In this document: positions 52,144 to 60,441 of the stretch, one piece after another | How the letters are laid out: the number at the start of each line of letters is the position of its first letter | Numbering within the stretch: position 1 is the first letter of the stretch | From: Pseudomonadota bacterium | GTDB taxonomy: Bacteria; Pseudomonadota; Gammaproteobacteria; Eutrophobiales; Eutrophobiaceae | Assembly: GCA_038142205.1 (NCBI GenBank) | Contig: JAYQJO010000001.1 | Span: 678,527-742,526, forward strand | Direction: 5' to 3' | DNA: 64,000 nucleotides | Made by a program: the position numbers and the translations under genes | Notes under the pieces: model-generated | What the model was told of the DNA's origin: nothing | The model's input: the letters and a program-made list of their open reading frames with translations, nothing else | Databases searched by the model: none

Positions 52144-53145
52144 ATGAATATCTTTGACGAAAATAAACCGCTAATTAAATCGATTGCTGTGGGCTTATTG
52201 GTTCTTTTAGTCATCATGTTGGCGTTAATGGTTTATTGGGATTCTGAACCGGATTTATTTGATGTGAAGGAAGTAAGCCAATATCAAAATCAGGGTAGTA
52301 CAGACTTTGTTACGGGTTATGTTACGACGGCAACGATGGTCGAAGTTGCTGATACTTTACTTCATAAGCGTGGTGGTTACTTGAGCAATGACATCATGCC
52401 ACCCAGTGTTTTTATGGATAACATCCCGAACTGGGAGTTTGGTGTTTTAACACAAATAAGAGATTTAGCTCGCTCCATGCGGAATGACTTTAGTCGTTCA
52501 CAAACGCAATCGATAGAAGATAAAGATTTAATGATTGCCGATCCACAGTTTCATTTTGATTCAGAGTCCTGGATTTTGCCGGCAACGGAACGCGAATATC
52601 AAAAAGGTATTGATGCGCTTGAAAAATATCTAACACGCTTATCTGATCCCAATGAACAGGATGCTCAATTCTTTTCTCGCGCTGATAATTTACGCGATTG
52701 GTTAGCAATCGTTGAAAAACGTTTAGGTAGCTTATCGCAACGCTTAAGTGCCAGTGTCGGCCAAGCGAGAGTCAATACCGATCTGAAAGGGGATGCCGAA
52801 GCAACACAATCAACAGTAAAACCGGATCTTGTTCAGATTAAGACACCGTGGCTAGAAATTGATGATATTTTCTATGAAGCGCGAGGGACCTGTTGGGCTT
52901 TAATACATTTCATGCGTGCGATTGAATATGATTTACATGATGTATTACAAAAGAAAAATGCGTTAGTAAGTTTAAGACAAATCATTCGTGAACTGGAAGC
53001 AACACAAGACACTGTCTGGAGTCCAATGATATTAAATGGAACCGGCTTTGGATTTTTAGCTAACCATTCATTGGTTATGGCGTCTTATATATCGAGTGCC
53101 AATGCGGCGGTTATTGATCTTAGAAATCTGTTAGAGCAGGGTTAA
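52144..53145 (+). CDS. Membrane-anchored conserved hypothetical protein (DUF2333-like).
   Basis: 333 aa. A single N-terminal TM segment ('SIAVGLLVLLVIMLALMVYW') is followed by a soluble domain. The family assignment is tentative. Confidence 0.5.
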   Translation: MNIFDENKPLIKSIAVGLLVLLVIMLALMVYWDSEPDLFDVKEVSQYQNQGSTDFVTGYVTTATMVEVADTLLHKRGGYLSNDIMPPSVFMDNIPNWEFGVLTQIRDLARSMRNDFSRSQTQSIEDKDLMIADPQFHFDSESWILPATEREYQKGIDALEKYLTRLSDPNEQDAQFFSRADNLRDWLAIVEKRLGSLSQRLSASVGQARVNTDLKGDAEATQSTVKPDLVQIKTPWLEIDDIFYEARGTCWALIHFMRAIEYDLHDVLQKKNALVSLRQIIRELEATQDTVWSPMILNGTGFGFLANHSLVMASYISSANAAVIDLRNLLEQG

Positions 53146-53429
53146 GCTCACTCCAGATTAAAATTATTAATACGAGAATGTTAATATCATCCTAATCTTG
53201 AAACTACGAGTCACTGTGGTAGGCGACAACATTATCCTGTAAATCAACAAGACTATTAATTGTTAAGTTTGGTTCAACATCCCATGGGTCAAGAATGCTG
53301 TTTTCAAAGCGCCAACAATTTTATCTATTTTTTCATTAGCACTATTTATGTCAAGTAAAGTGCCATAGACATCAAATGCGAGAGTAACTTTCATTGATTA
53401 TATTTTAATAAGCTTTTTTTAATGAGGTA

Positions 53430-54092
53430 TTATTCTTTCCAATGAGGCGGGTATGTCTTTTCGTACCCCGGAATTGATTCAATTCGTTTACACCAAGCAC
53501 TTATCGCTGGATAATTTTTGTCTATAGATCTTAATTTTCCACTGACTTCTGCGGTATTTTCTTTTAATGCTGCTCTAGATAAAAAAGGGATAACAGGGTA
53601 GAGCACTATATCAGCTGCTGACAGGGTATCTGCAGCCAGATAATCTTTATTGTTTAGATTTTTTTCAATGTTAATGAATTCGGTTTCAATTGCTTCTCTT
53701 GCAGAAATAGCGACATTTTTCTTTTCCGACAACTCACCATAAAATATGGTGCGGGCATAATCCAGTAGATTGGGTTCAATATAATTCATCAGTTCCATAA
53801 TTGAGCACCAAACTTTACTTCGTTCAACTGGGTCGTGGCCAAATAGGACAGGTTCAACTTTTAAATCTTCCAGGTACCGTATTATCGCAATAGATTCATG
53901 AACTGTGACTGAACCATCTTTAATGGCAGGCACTTTTCCACGCGGGCTGATCGCCAGATATTCGTCTGATTTCAGGTCTTCATCAGTGAAACTAAGGCGA
54001 TTACTCTCATAAGGAATTTGCTTAACTTCAAGCGCTAATAAAACACGCCATGCATAAGGACTACCACTACCCCAATAGACTTCTAAGGCCAC
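53430..54092 (-). CDS. Glutathione S-transferase.
   Basis: 'LEVYWGSGSPYAWRVLLALEVKQIPYE' is a thioredoxin-like N-terminal domain with the 'ESIAIIRYLE' G-site. A C-terminal alpha domain follows. Confidence 0.8.
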   Translation of the reverse strand: MALEVYWGSGSPYAWRVLLALEVKQIPYESNRLSFTDEDLKSDEYLAISPRGKVPAIKDGSVTVHESIAIIRYLEDLKVEPVLFGHDPVERSKVWCSIMELMNYIEPNLLDYARTIFYGELSEKKNVAISAREAIETEFINIEKNLNNKDYLAADTLSAADIVLYPVIPFLSRAALKENTAEVSGKLRSIDKNYPAISAWCKRIESIPGYEKTYPPHWKE

Positions 54093-54230
54093 TAGCTTTC
54101 TCCAATGATAAAAATTTGATGATATATTATCCTAACAGAACAATAGTGTTTTTCATAAAACTTATACATTAAACGAAATCTCTCACGCAAGAGAAGAGCT
54201 CAGTAAGTTGTAGTAGAAAGAAAATAAAAA

Positions 54231-55190
54231 CTAACGTTTTATAATGAACTGCCCATATGCTCTCGAACCTTCACCAGTTTCAATGGTGTTAGTAACTTCA
54301 AGAGTGTTTGTATCTATAACTGTAACAGTACCGTCAAACCAGTTGGCGACATAAACGCTTTTACCATCCGGGTGTATATTAATGCCTTCTGGCATTTCAC
54401 CAACATAGATTTTTTTTATGTTTTTAAAGTTTGTTCTATCAACAACAGATACAGAACTGTCTCGTTTATTCGTAATAAATAATTGGTTGTGTACTTCATC
54501 AATAGCAACAATATAAGGAAATGTATCGACGGGAAAAGTATGTGTCACTTTTATATCTTTGATATTAATAACGCTGACATCTTCTGATTGTACGTTTACA
54601 ACATAAAGTCGCTGTTTATCGTCATCAAGTGTAATGCCAAAAGGTGCTGTGCCTACTTTAATTTTTGATATTATTTTTCCAGAATTACTATCAATAAACA
54701 GCACAGCATTATCATTTTTGTTTGTGACATATAAAGTTTTACCGTCTTTAGATACTGTTATGCCGGAGGGCGCGTCACCTACTTTGAATTCATTTTCAAT
54801 TTTTAAATTCTTAGTGTTAATCGTAAACACTGTATCCTTATGCCAGTCCGCGATGAATAGTTGTTTATTGTCATGACTTATTGTCATGGCGAGAGGTGAT
54901 TCTCCAACACTAATTGTGTTTATAACTTCAAGTGAGTTTGTATCAATAACACTAATTTCCTGATTGCCGGGGTTTGATACATAAACATATTTATTATCAT
55001 AGCTGGCAGTCACGCCTGCGGGTTTAATGCCAACTGCAATTGTTTTAATAACTGATTCATCAGCAGTATCAATAACGGAAACTGTGTTTTCCAGTTGGTT
55101 TGTTATAAAAGCGAGGTTTTGGGCTAAGGCAGAATTTGCCAAAGCCCAAATTGATATGACTAATAAAGCTGCTTTAAATCGCGCTTGCAA
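54231..55190 (-). CDS. Secreted YVTN-type beta-propeller repeat protein.
   Basis: A signal peptide is followed by seven ~40-aa repeats of the form 'xxVSVIDTxxxxVIxTIxVGxxPxGIxxSxDGKxLYVxN'. Confidence 0.7.
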   Translation of the reverse strand: MQARFKAALLVISIWALANSALAQNLAFITNQLENTVSVIDTADESVIKTIAVGIKPAGVTASYDNKYVYVSNPGNQEISVIDTNSLEVINTISVGESPLAMTISHDNKQLFIADWHKDTVFTINTKNLKIENEFKVGDAPSGITVSKDGKTLYVTNKNDNAVLFIDSNSGKIISKIKVGTAPFGITLDDDKQRLYVVNVQSEDVSVINIKDIKVTHTFPVDTFPYIVAIDEVHNQLFITNKRDSSVSVVDRTNFKNIKKIYVGEMPEGINIHPDGKSVYVANWFDGTVTVIDTNTLEVTNTIETGEGSRAYGQFIIKR

Positions 55191-55199
55191 CGTGTTTAA

Positions 55200-55733
55200 T
55201 TACTTACTTTCGAAATAATTCTTCAAACCATCTAAGGTTTTGCTATGTAATGTTTCTACAGCGGCTTTACAGAAAGCATCGGAGCGATCGGGTGGCGCTG
55301 ATTTTCCTTCAAATGAGCTGTATGCTGTGCCACGAATCTTTACTTTCGAGCCAGCTCCGTTTTCAGTGACTGATAAGAAAGTGCCCATTGACATAATGGG
55401 TATGTCTTTTATGACTCTACCTTTCTCAACTTTTAACGTGGTCAACAGTCGTTTTCGGTCATCTTGAACTTTGGTGACTTCTTCTTTCAATACTTCTCCG
55501 TTATCAAGAGTATAATCTCTAAAAGCGCCTAAGCCTTCGCCAGTAGCAGTGCATTCTGTAATAGATTCGTTCCAGTCTTTTATCGCGCAAATATTATTAA
55601 CTGCCGCCCAAACTTCATCAGGACTAGCATTAACTTCGACCTCCAGGTCAAACTTTAATGGCGTTGGGCCATGCGCCAATGTCATCGCCGGAAGAAGTAA
55701 AACACTTAACAGGCTTAGTTTAAGGAATTTCAT
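55200..55733 (-). CDS. Secreted SRPBCC (START/Bet v1-like) domain protein.
   Basis: Signal peptide 'MKFLKLSLLSVLLLPAMTLA'. About 150 aa consistent with the SRPBCC/polyketide-cyclase-like fold ('SPDEVWAAVNNICAIKDW'). Confidence 0.6.
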   Translation of the reverse strand: MKFLKLSLLSVLLLPAMTLAHGPTPLKFDLEVEVNASPDEVWAAVNNICAIKDWNESITECTATGEGLGAFRDYTLDNGEVLKEEVTKVQDDRKRLLTTLKVEKGRVIKDIPIMSMGTFLSVTENGAGSKVKIRGTAYSSFEGKSAPPDRSDAFCKAAVETLHSKTLDGLKNYFESK

Positions 55734-56093
55734 TATGATTGATCTCCGCTGAACTATTTATTTCAAATTATTTATTCTTTTCTATACCTACCTGAATGTA
55801 GACGACTTCACCTAGGCGAAGTTCAAGGTTCAATAGTTTAAAGATTCTGTACGACTATGGCTATGCCATGTCTAAATTTAATGAAATATTTTGAAGTTTG
55901 TTTGATTTAAGGTAAATAATGAAAACCTTGCATTTATCAGGAAAAGTTTTTTATATTGAATAAATGACTTAAACTATGATGAATAAACCTGCTATGCATG
56001 AAAAATGTTCAGGTTATAACAATAATTATAAGTAAATGGTCGTACTCAACCTATTCACTGGTATTGCAATTTCGTCTCTGGAGGACGTTTTTG

Positions 56094-57266
56094 ATGAAAA
56101 TTATTCTTGCACCCGATTCATTTAAAGAAAACTTAACCTCGTTACAAGTTGCTACGGCACTGGAAAAAGGCGTGAAACGCGTACTACCTAAAGCTAATTG
56201 TATCAAAGTACCTATGGCAGATGGTGGTGAAGGTACGGTGCAATCATTAGTTGATGGAACCGGAGGTAAGTTTCTTCGTAAAAAAGTGATAGGGCCAGCT
56301 GGCAGTAAAGTTTCTGCGCGTTACGGTATGTTGGCTGACGGTGAAACAGCGGTGATTGAAATGGCTGAAGCATCAGGACTACATTTAGTTAGTGGTAAAA
56401 CCCAGAATCCGTTAAAAACAACAAGTTATGCTACGCGACAATTAATGCTTGAAGCTGCGAAACGCGGTGCAAAGAAAATTATTATTGGTATCGGTGGTTC
56501 TGCAACCAATGAGGGCGGGGTCGGCATGGCTCAGGCATTAGGTGTTCGTTTTCTCAATAGAAGCGGACAGGAGATTACTGATCTGGGTGCAGGCGGCATG
56601 ATCAATAAAATTGGCAGTGTTGATATAAAAAATCTGAATCCATTAATTAAAAAAGTAAAAATTATTGTTGCCTGCGATGTGAATAATCCTTTGTGTGGTA
56701 AGAAAGGAGCATCAACTGTATTTGGTCCTCAAAAAGGAGCAACACCAGCAATGGTTAAAAGATTGGATGCTAATTTAAAACATTTAGCTACGATTATTAA
56801 AAAGGACTTAAAGAAAAGTGTTATGTCCGTTAAAGGTGCTGGTGCAGCAGGCGGCTTAGGCGCTGGCTTATTTGCTTTTACTAACGCCAAAATGAAAAGC
56901 GGTGTTGATATCGTAATTGAAGCAACAGAGCTACATAAGCACTTAAGAGGTGCGGACTTGGTTATAACCGGTGAAGGTCGCGTTGATTTTCAAACTGCTT
57001 TCGGAAAAACACCTTCAGGTGTTGCAAAAGCAGCGCGTAAACATCGTGTGCCAACAGTTGCTATTGGTGGCGGTATTACAGATGATGCGAATGGTGTTTT
57101 CACACATGGCATTGACGGTTTGGAAAGTGCCTGCGCGCGTGATATGCCATTAGACGTTGCAATTAGTTATTCAAAACCGCACCTTACTAATGCAGCAGAA
57201 CGTGTTGTCCGTTTAATTCTTATTGGCAAGAAGATGGCCATGAGTAAACGTAGAGAACGAAAATAA
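56094..57266 (+). CDS. Glycerate kinase.
   Basis: 'MKIILAPDSFKENLTSLQVA...VPMADGGEGT' is the hallmark glycerate kinase (GarK/GlxK) N-terminus. The ATG at 56094 is preferred over the TTG-extended ORF. Confidence 0.85.
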   Translation: MKIILAPDSFKENLTSLQVATALEKGVKRVLPKANCIKVPMADGGEGTVQSLVDGTGGKFLRKKVIGPAGSKVSARYGMLADGETAVIEMAEASGLHLVSGKTQNPLKTTSYATRQLMLEAAKRGAKKIIIGIGGSATNEGGVGMAQALGVRFLNRSGQEITDLGAGGMINKIGSVDIKNLNPLIKKVKIIVACDVNNPLCGKKGASTVFGPQKGATPAMVKRLDANLKHLATIIKKDLKKSVMSVKGAGAAGGLGAGLFAFTNAKMKSGVDIVIEATELHKHLRGADLVITGEGRVDFQTAFGKTPSGVAKAARKHRVPTVAIGGGITDDANGVFTHGIDGLESACARDMPLDVAISYSKPHLTNAAERVVRLILIGKKMAMSKRRERK

Positions 57267-57285
57267 ATAGTATTAATATAACTAG

Positions 57286-57320
57286 GTTATTGAAGCCCGT
57301 TTTAGAATGCGGGCTTTTTA
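57286..57320 (+). terminator. Rho-independent terminator after the glycerate kinase gene.
   Basis: The hairpin AAGCCCG-ttttagaat-GCGGGCTT is followed by TTTT. Confidence 0.6.
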
Positions 57321-57333
57321 ATTCAATTCGATT

Positions 57334-58584
57334 ATGAAATTTTCAAAATTTGCTTCTCGCTTTAATAGTGATGCAGGAATTGTTCAATTGATGGATGATC
57401 TTGGTAATGCTATGTCAGGTAAATCTGACGTACTTATGTTAGGTGGTGGTAATCCAAGTCATATCCCAGCTGTACAACAATACCTTCGGGACTCATTGCA
57501 TAGGTTAATTGATAATCCAGCATCATTTTCCCATGCTGTAGGTAATTATGAATTACCACAAGGCAATCAGGAATTCATTGACGCTGTTGTTAATATGATG
57601 AACGAACAGTATCAATGGGGAATAACTTCTGACAATGTTGTATTAACGGTTGGTAGCCAGTCTGCCTTTTTCTTTCTTTTTAATATGCTGGCCGGTGAAG
57701 ATGAAGACGGGGTTTTCAAACAAATTTTATTACCGTTAACACCGGAATACATTGGTTATTCTGATGTGGCTTTATCAGATAATATGTTTTATTCCTGTCG
57801 GCCGTTAATAGAAAAACTGGATGAACCATTTTTTAAATATCACGTTGATTTTGAAAACCTACAGGTGCGTGATAATACTGCAGCGATATGTGTGTCCAGA
57901 CCAACAAATCCAACTGGTAACGTGTTAGACGATGATGAAGTGTCAAAATTATTATCGTTGGCAGAAACACATGATATTCCGTTAATTGTTGATAATGCTT
58001 ATGGTGAACCTTTTCCTAATATTATTTTCACAAAAACTAACCCTGTCTGGAATGAAAATATTATATACTGCATGAGTTTGTCTAAAGTAGGTTTGCCCGG
58101 GACAAGAACAGGTATTGTTATCGCTGATAAACCAGTTGTTGAGTTGATACGTAATATGAATGCGATTGTCAATTTAGCCCCAGCAAACCTCGGTGCGATG
58201 ATGGCGAAAGATTTGATCAGTAGTGGCGAAATATTACGTTTATCTGAGCTGTTGATAAAACCTTTTTATCAAACCAAAGTTGATCATGCCGTTAAAATTT
58301 TATGTAAAGAGTTTGAAGGCATTGAGTTTTATATTCATAAACCGGAAGGTGCTATATTCCTCTGGCTTTGGTTTCCTACATTACCGATTACATCGAATGA
58401 ATTATATGAACGTTTAAAAGAAAAGAATGTGTTGGTCATTTCAGGTTCGTATTTCTTTCCTGGCTTGGAAGAAGATTGGAAGCATGCGCATCAGTGTCTA
58501 CGCATTACGTATTCTATGGATGAAAAAACTGTGGAAGAGGGGATTAAGATTATTGCCCAGGAACTTAAAAAGTTGATGGTCTAG
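57334..58584 (+). CDS. avtA: Valine-pyruvate aminotransferase (AvtA-like).
   Basis: Colinear with E. coli AvtA ('GGGNPSHIPAVQQY', 'CVSRPTNPTGNV', 'VDNAYGEPFPNIIF', 'CMSLSKVGLPGTR', 'KPEGAIFLWLWF'). Confidence 0.85.
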   Translation: MKFSKFASRFNSDAGIVQLMDDLGNAMSGKSDVLMLGGGNPSHIPAVQQYLRDSLHRLIDNPASFSHAVGNYELPQGNQEFIDAVVNMMNEQYQWGITSDNVVLTVGSQSAFFFLFNMLAGEDEDGVFKQILLPLTPEYIGYSDVALSDNMFYSCRPLIEKLDEPFFKYHVDFENLQVRDNTAAICVSRPTNPTGNVLDDDEVSKLLSLAETHDIPLIVDNAYGEPFPNIIFTKTNPVWNENIIYCMSLSKVGLPGTRTGIVIADKPVVELIRNMNAIVNLAPANLGAMMAKDLISSGEILRLSELLIKPFYQTKVDHAVKILCKEFEGIEFYIHKPEGAIFLWLWFPTLPITSNELYERLKEKNVLVISGSYFFPGLEEDWKHAHQCLRITYSMDEKTVEEGIKIIAQELKKLMV

Positions 58585-58586
58585 GG

Positions 58587-59579
58587 TTACCCTCTACCAT
58601 CAAGTCTTTCAAGTAAGTTAGCACCAAACGAAAATAGTTTTTCTGAAACTGCTTTTTTGCGTTCAAATTTCACTTCAAACACATCGGCTTCTGCTGCTGC
58701 TTTAGTTAGGTAATCGTCACTTGTAATCAGTTCGTCAACAAGTTTTAGTTCTATGGCGCGTTTGCCATACCAATGCTCGCCCGTTGCAATTTTATCGATG
58801 TCGACTTGTTCTCTGTTATCTTTTACAAATTCTTTAAAAAGTTTATGAGTGTCTTCCAGTTCTTCTTTAAATTTTTCCCTATCTTTATCTGTGTTTTCAC
58901 CAAATAGTGTTAATGTTCGTTTGTAATCACCCGCTGTAATTTGCTCAAAATCAATATCCATTTTCTTTAACAAACGATGAAAGTTAGGTATCTGTGCAAG
59001 AACACCTATGGATCCAATAATGGCGAAAGGTGCTGCAATTATTTTCTCAGCAACACAGGCCATCATATAGCCACCGCTGGCAGCAACCTTATCAACTGCT
59101 ACGGTTAAATTTATTTCGTTATCGCGAATACGTTTAAGTTGTGATGCGCCAAAACCATAACCGTGCACAGTGCCACCGCCGCTTTCAAGAATAACCAGTA
59201 CTTCATCTTTTTTATCAGCAATGCTTAATATCGCGGTAATTTCTTCTCTGAGTGATGAAACAGTGCTTGCTTTAATATCACCAACAAAATTCAGAACAAA
59301 AACCTTTTTCCGTGTTTCGGCAATGTTCTTTTCTTTATCCTTATGTTCCTTTTTTTGTTCCTTTAAGTATTTTTTTAATTCTTTTTTATTTAAAACCTGT
59401 TGTTTGAGCATAAGCCCCATAGCTTCGAACTTCTCATTGATGTTTTTAATCGTGAGATGATCGGTTTCTCCTTTTGCTTGCATGAGCATAAAAATGAATG
59501 CGGCGACAATGATTAAAAATAAAATTGAAACAGTTCCTAGTTTAGCGAGAAACATTCCATATTCAGATAAAAATTCCAC
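58587..59579 (-). CDS. sohB: S49 family periplasmic protease SohB.
   Basis: 'MEFLSEYGMFLAKLGTV' matches E. coli SohB 'MELLSEYGLFLAKIVTV'. The catalytic region 'VDKVAASGGYMMACVAEKIIAAPFAIIGSIGV' is conserved. Confidence 0.85.
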   Translation of the reverse strand: MEFLSEYGMFLAKLGTVSILFLIIVAAFIFMLMQAKGETDHLTIKNINEKFEAMGLMLKQQVLNKKELKKYLKEQKKEHKDKEKNIAETRKKVFVLNFVGDIKASTVSSLREEITAILSIADKKDEVLVILESGGGTVHGYGFGASQLKRIRDNEINLTVAVDKVAASGGYMMACVAEKIIAAPFAIIGSIGVLAQIPNFHRLLKKMDIDFEQITAGDYKRTLTLFGENTDKDREKFKEELEDTHKLFKEFVKDNREQVDIDKIATGEHWYGKRAIELKLVDELITSDDYLTKAAAEADVFEVKFERKKAVSEKLFSFGANLLERLDGRG

Positions 59580-59689
59580 AGATAAAGCTCCTGATTAAAG
59601 TAGTCTCAATATAATATGCCAGATAATCTTGAAATTCATCAAGCTGAGTACAGTGTGAATGGCAGTTTTATTGAATGTAAAATATAAGT

Positions 59690-60439
59690 TTATTGAAGGG
59701 TTTCAGGTAAGAATAAGCTTTCTATGTCTGAAGTTATTTCAATATTTTTGAACTTTGTTGCTTGATGCTTCCATCTATACTGACTGTATTTGATAACTCG
59801 TTGTTTTATTTTGTCAATCTCATCAGGTGAAATTTCAGCTCTTATCTCTTGTAGATGAGATATTATTTTATCAAGTAAGTTATCTTTTTGTTTTTGTTGT
59901 ACAAGCATTAAGCGATATTTTTTATTTTTATATTGTTTTCTATCAGCAGTTAAATTTTTACTGGCATATTCGTAGATGAACTGATGTGCAGCAACAACCA
60001 TCCAGGCATACGCATTGATGCTATTTTGTTTTACACCTGAGCCGTTTAGATACATCAGCCCAAGATGATATTGCCCTAATGGGTATCCAAGCTTTGCTGA
60101 TTTTTGATAATAGCGTATCGCTTTTTTAGTACTTTTCTTTGTGCCAACGCCTTCTTCATACATTACACCGAGCTTATACATCGCATCAGCACGTCCATTT
60201 TGAGCCGCTTCTTTAAAGAGTTCAAATGCCTTTTTTAGATCTTTTTCTACACCTTGTCCTGCTACATACATTGAGCCCAGGGCATACATGGCGCGATGAT
60301 CACCACGTTTAGCCAGAGGAATAAATTCATTTGCAGCAGTTTCGTAATCACCTCTTATATAAGCATCTCCGCCATCTTTAAAATCAGCATGGCATAATAG
60401 TGGGGTTAAAACTGAAAAATATAAAATAATACGCTTCAT
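59690..60439 (-). CDS. Secreted Sel1-repeat protein (249 aa).
   Basis: A signal peptide is present, plus about 4 Sel1 units ('AMYALGSMYVAGQGVEKDLKKAFELFKEAAQNG...'). Confidence 0.75.
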   Translation of the reverse strand: MKRIILYFSVLTPLLCHADFKDGGDAYIRGDYETAANEFIPLAKRGDHRAMYALGSMYVAGQGVEKDLKKAFELFKEAAQNGRADAMYKLGVMYEEGVGTKKSTKKAIRYYQKSAKLGYPLGQYHLGLMYLNGSGVKQNSINAYAWMVVAAHQFIYEYASKNLTADRKQYKNKKYRLMLVQQKQKDNLLDKIISHLQEIRAEISPDEIDKIKQRVIKYSQYRWKHQATKFKNIEITSDIESLFLPETLQ

Positions 60440-60441
60440 TT

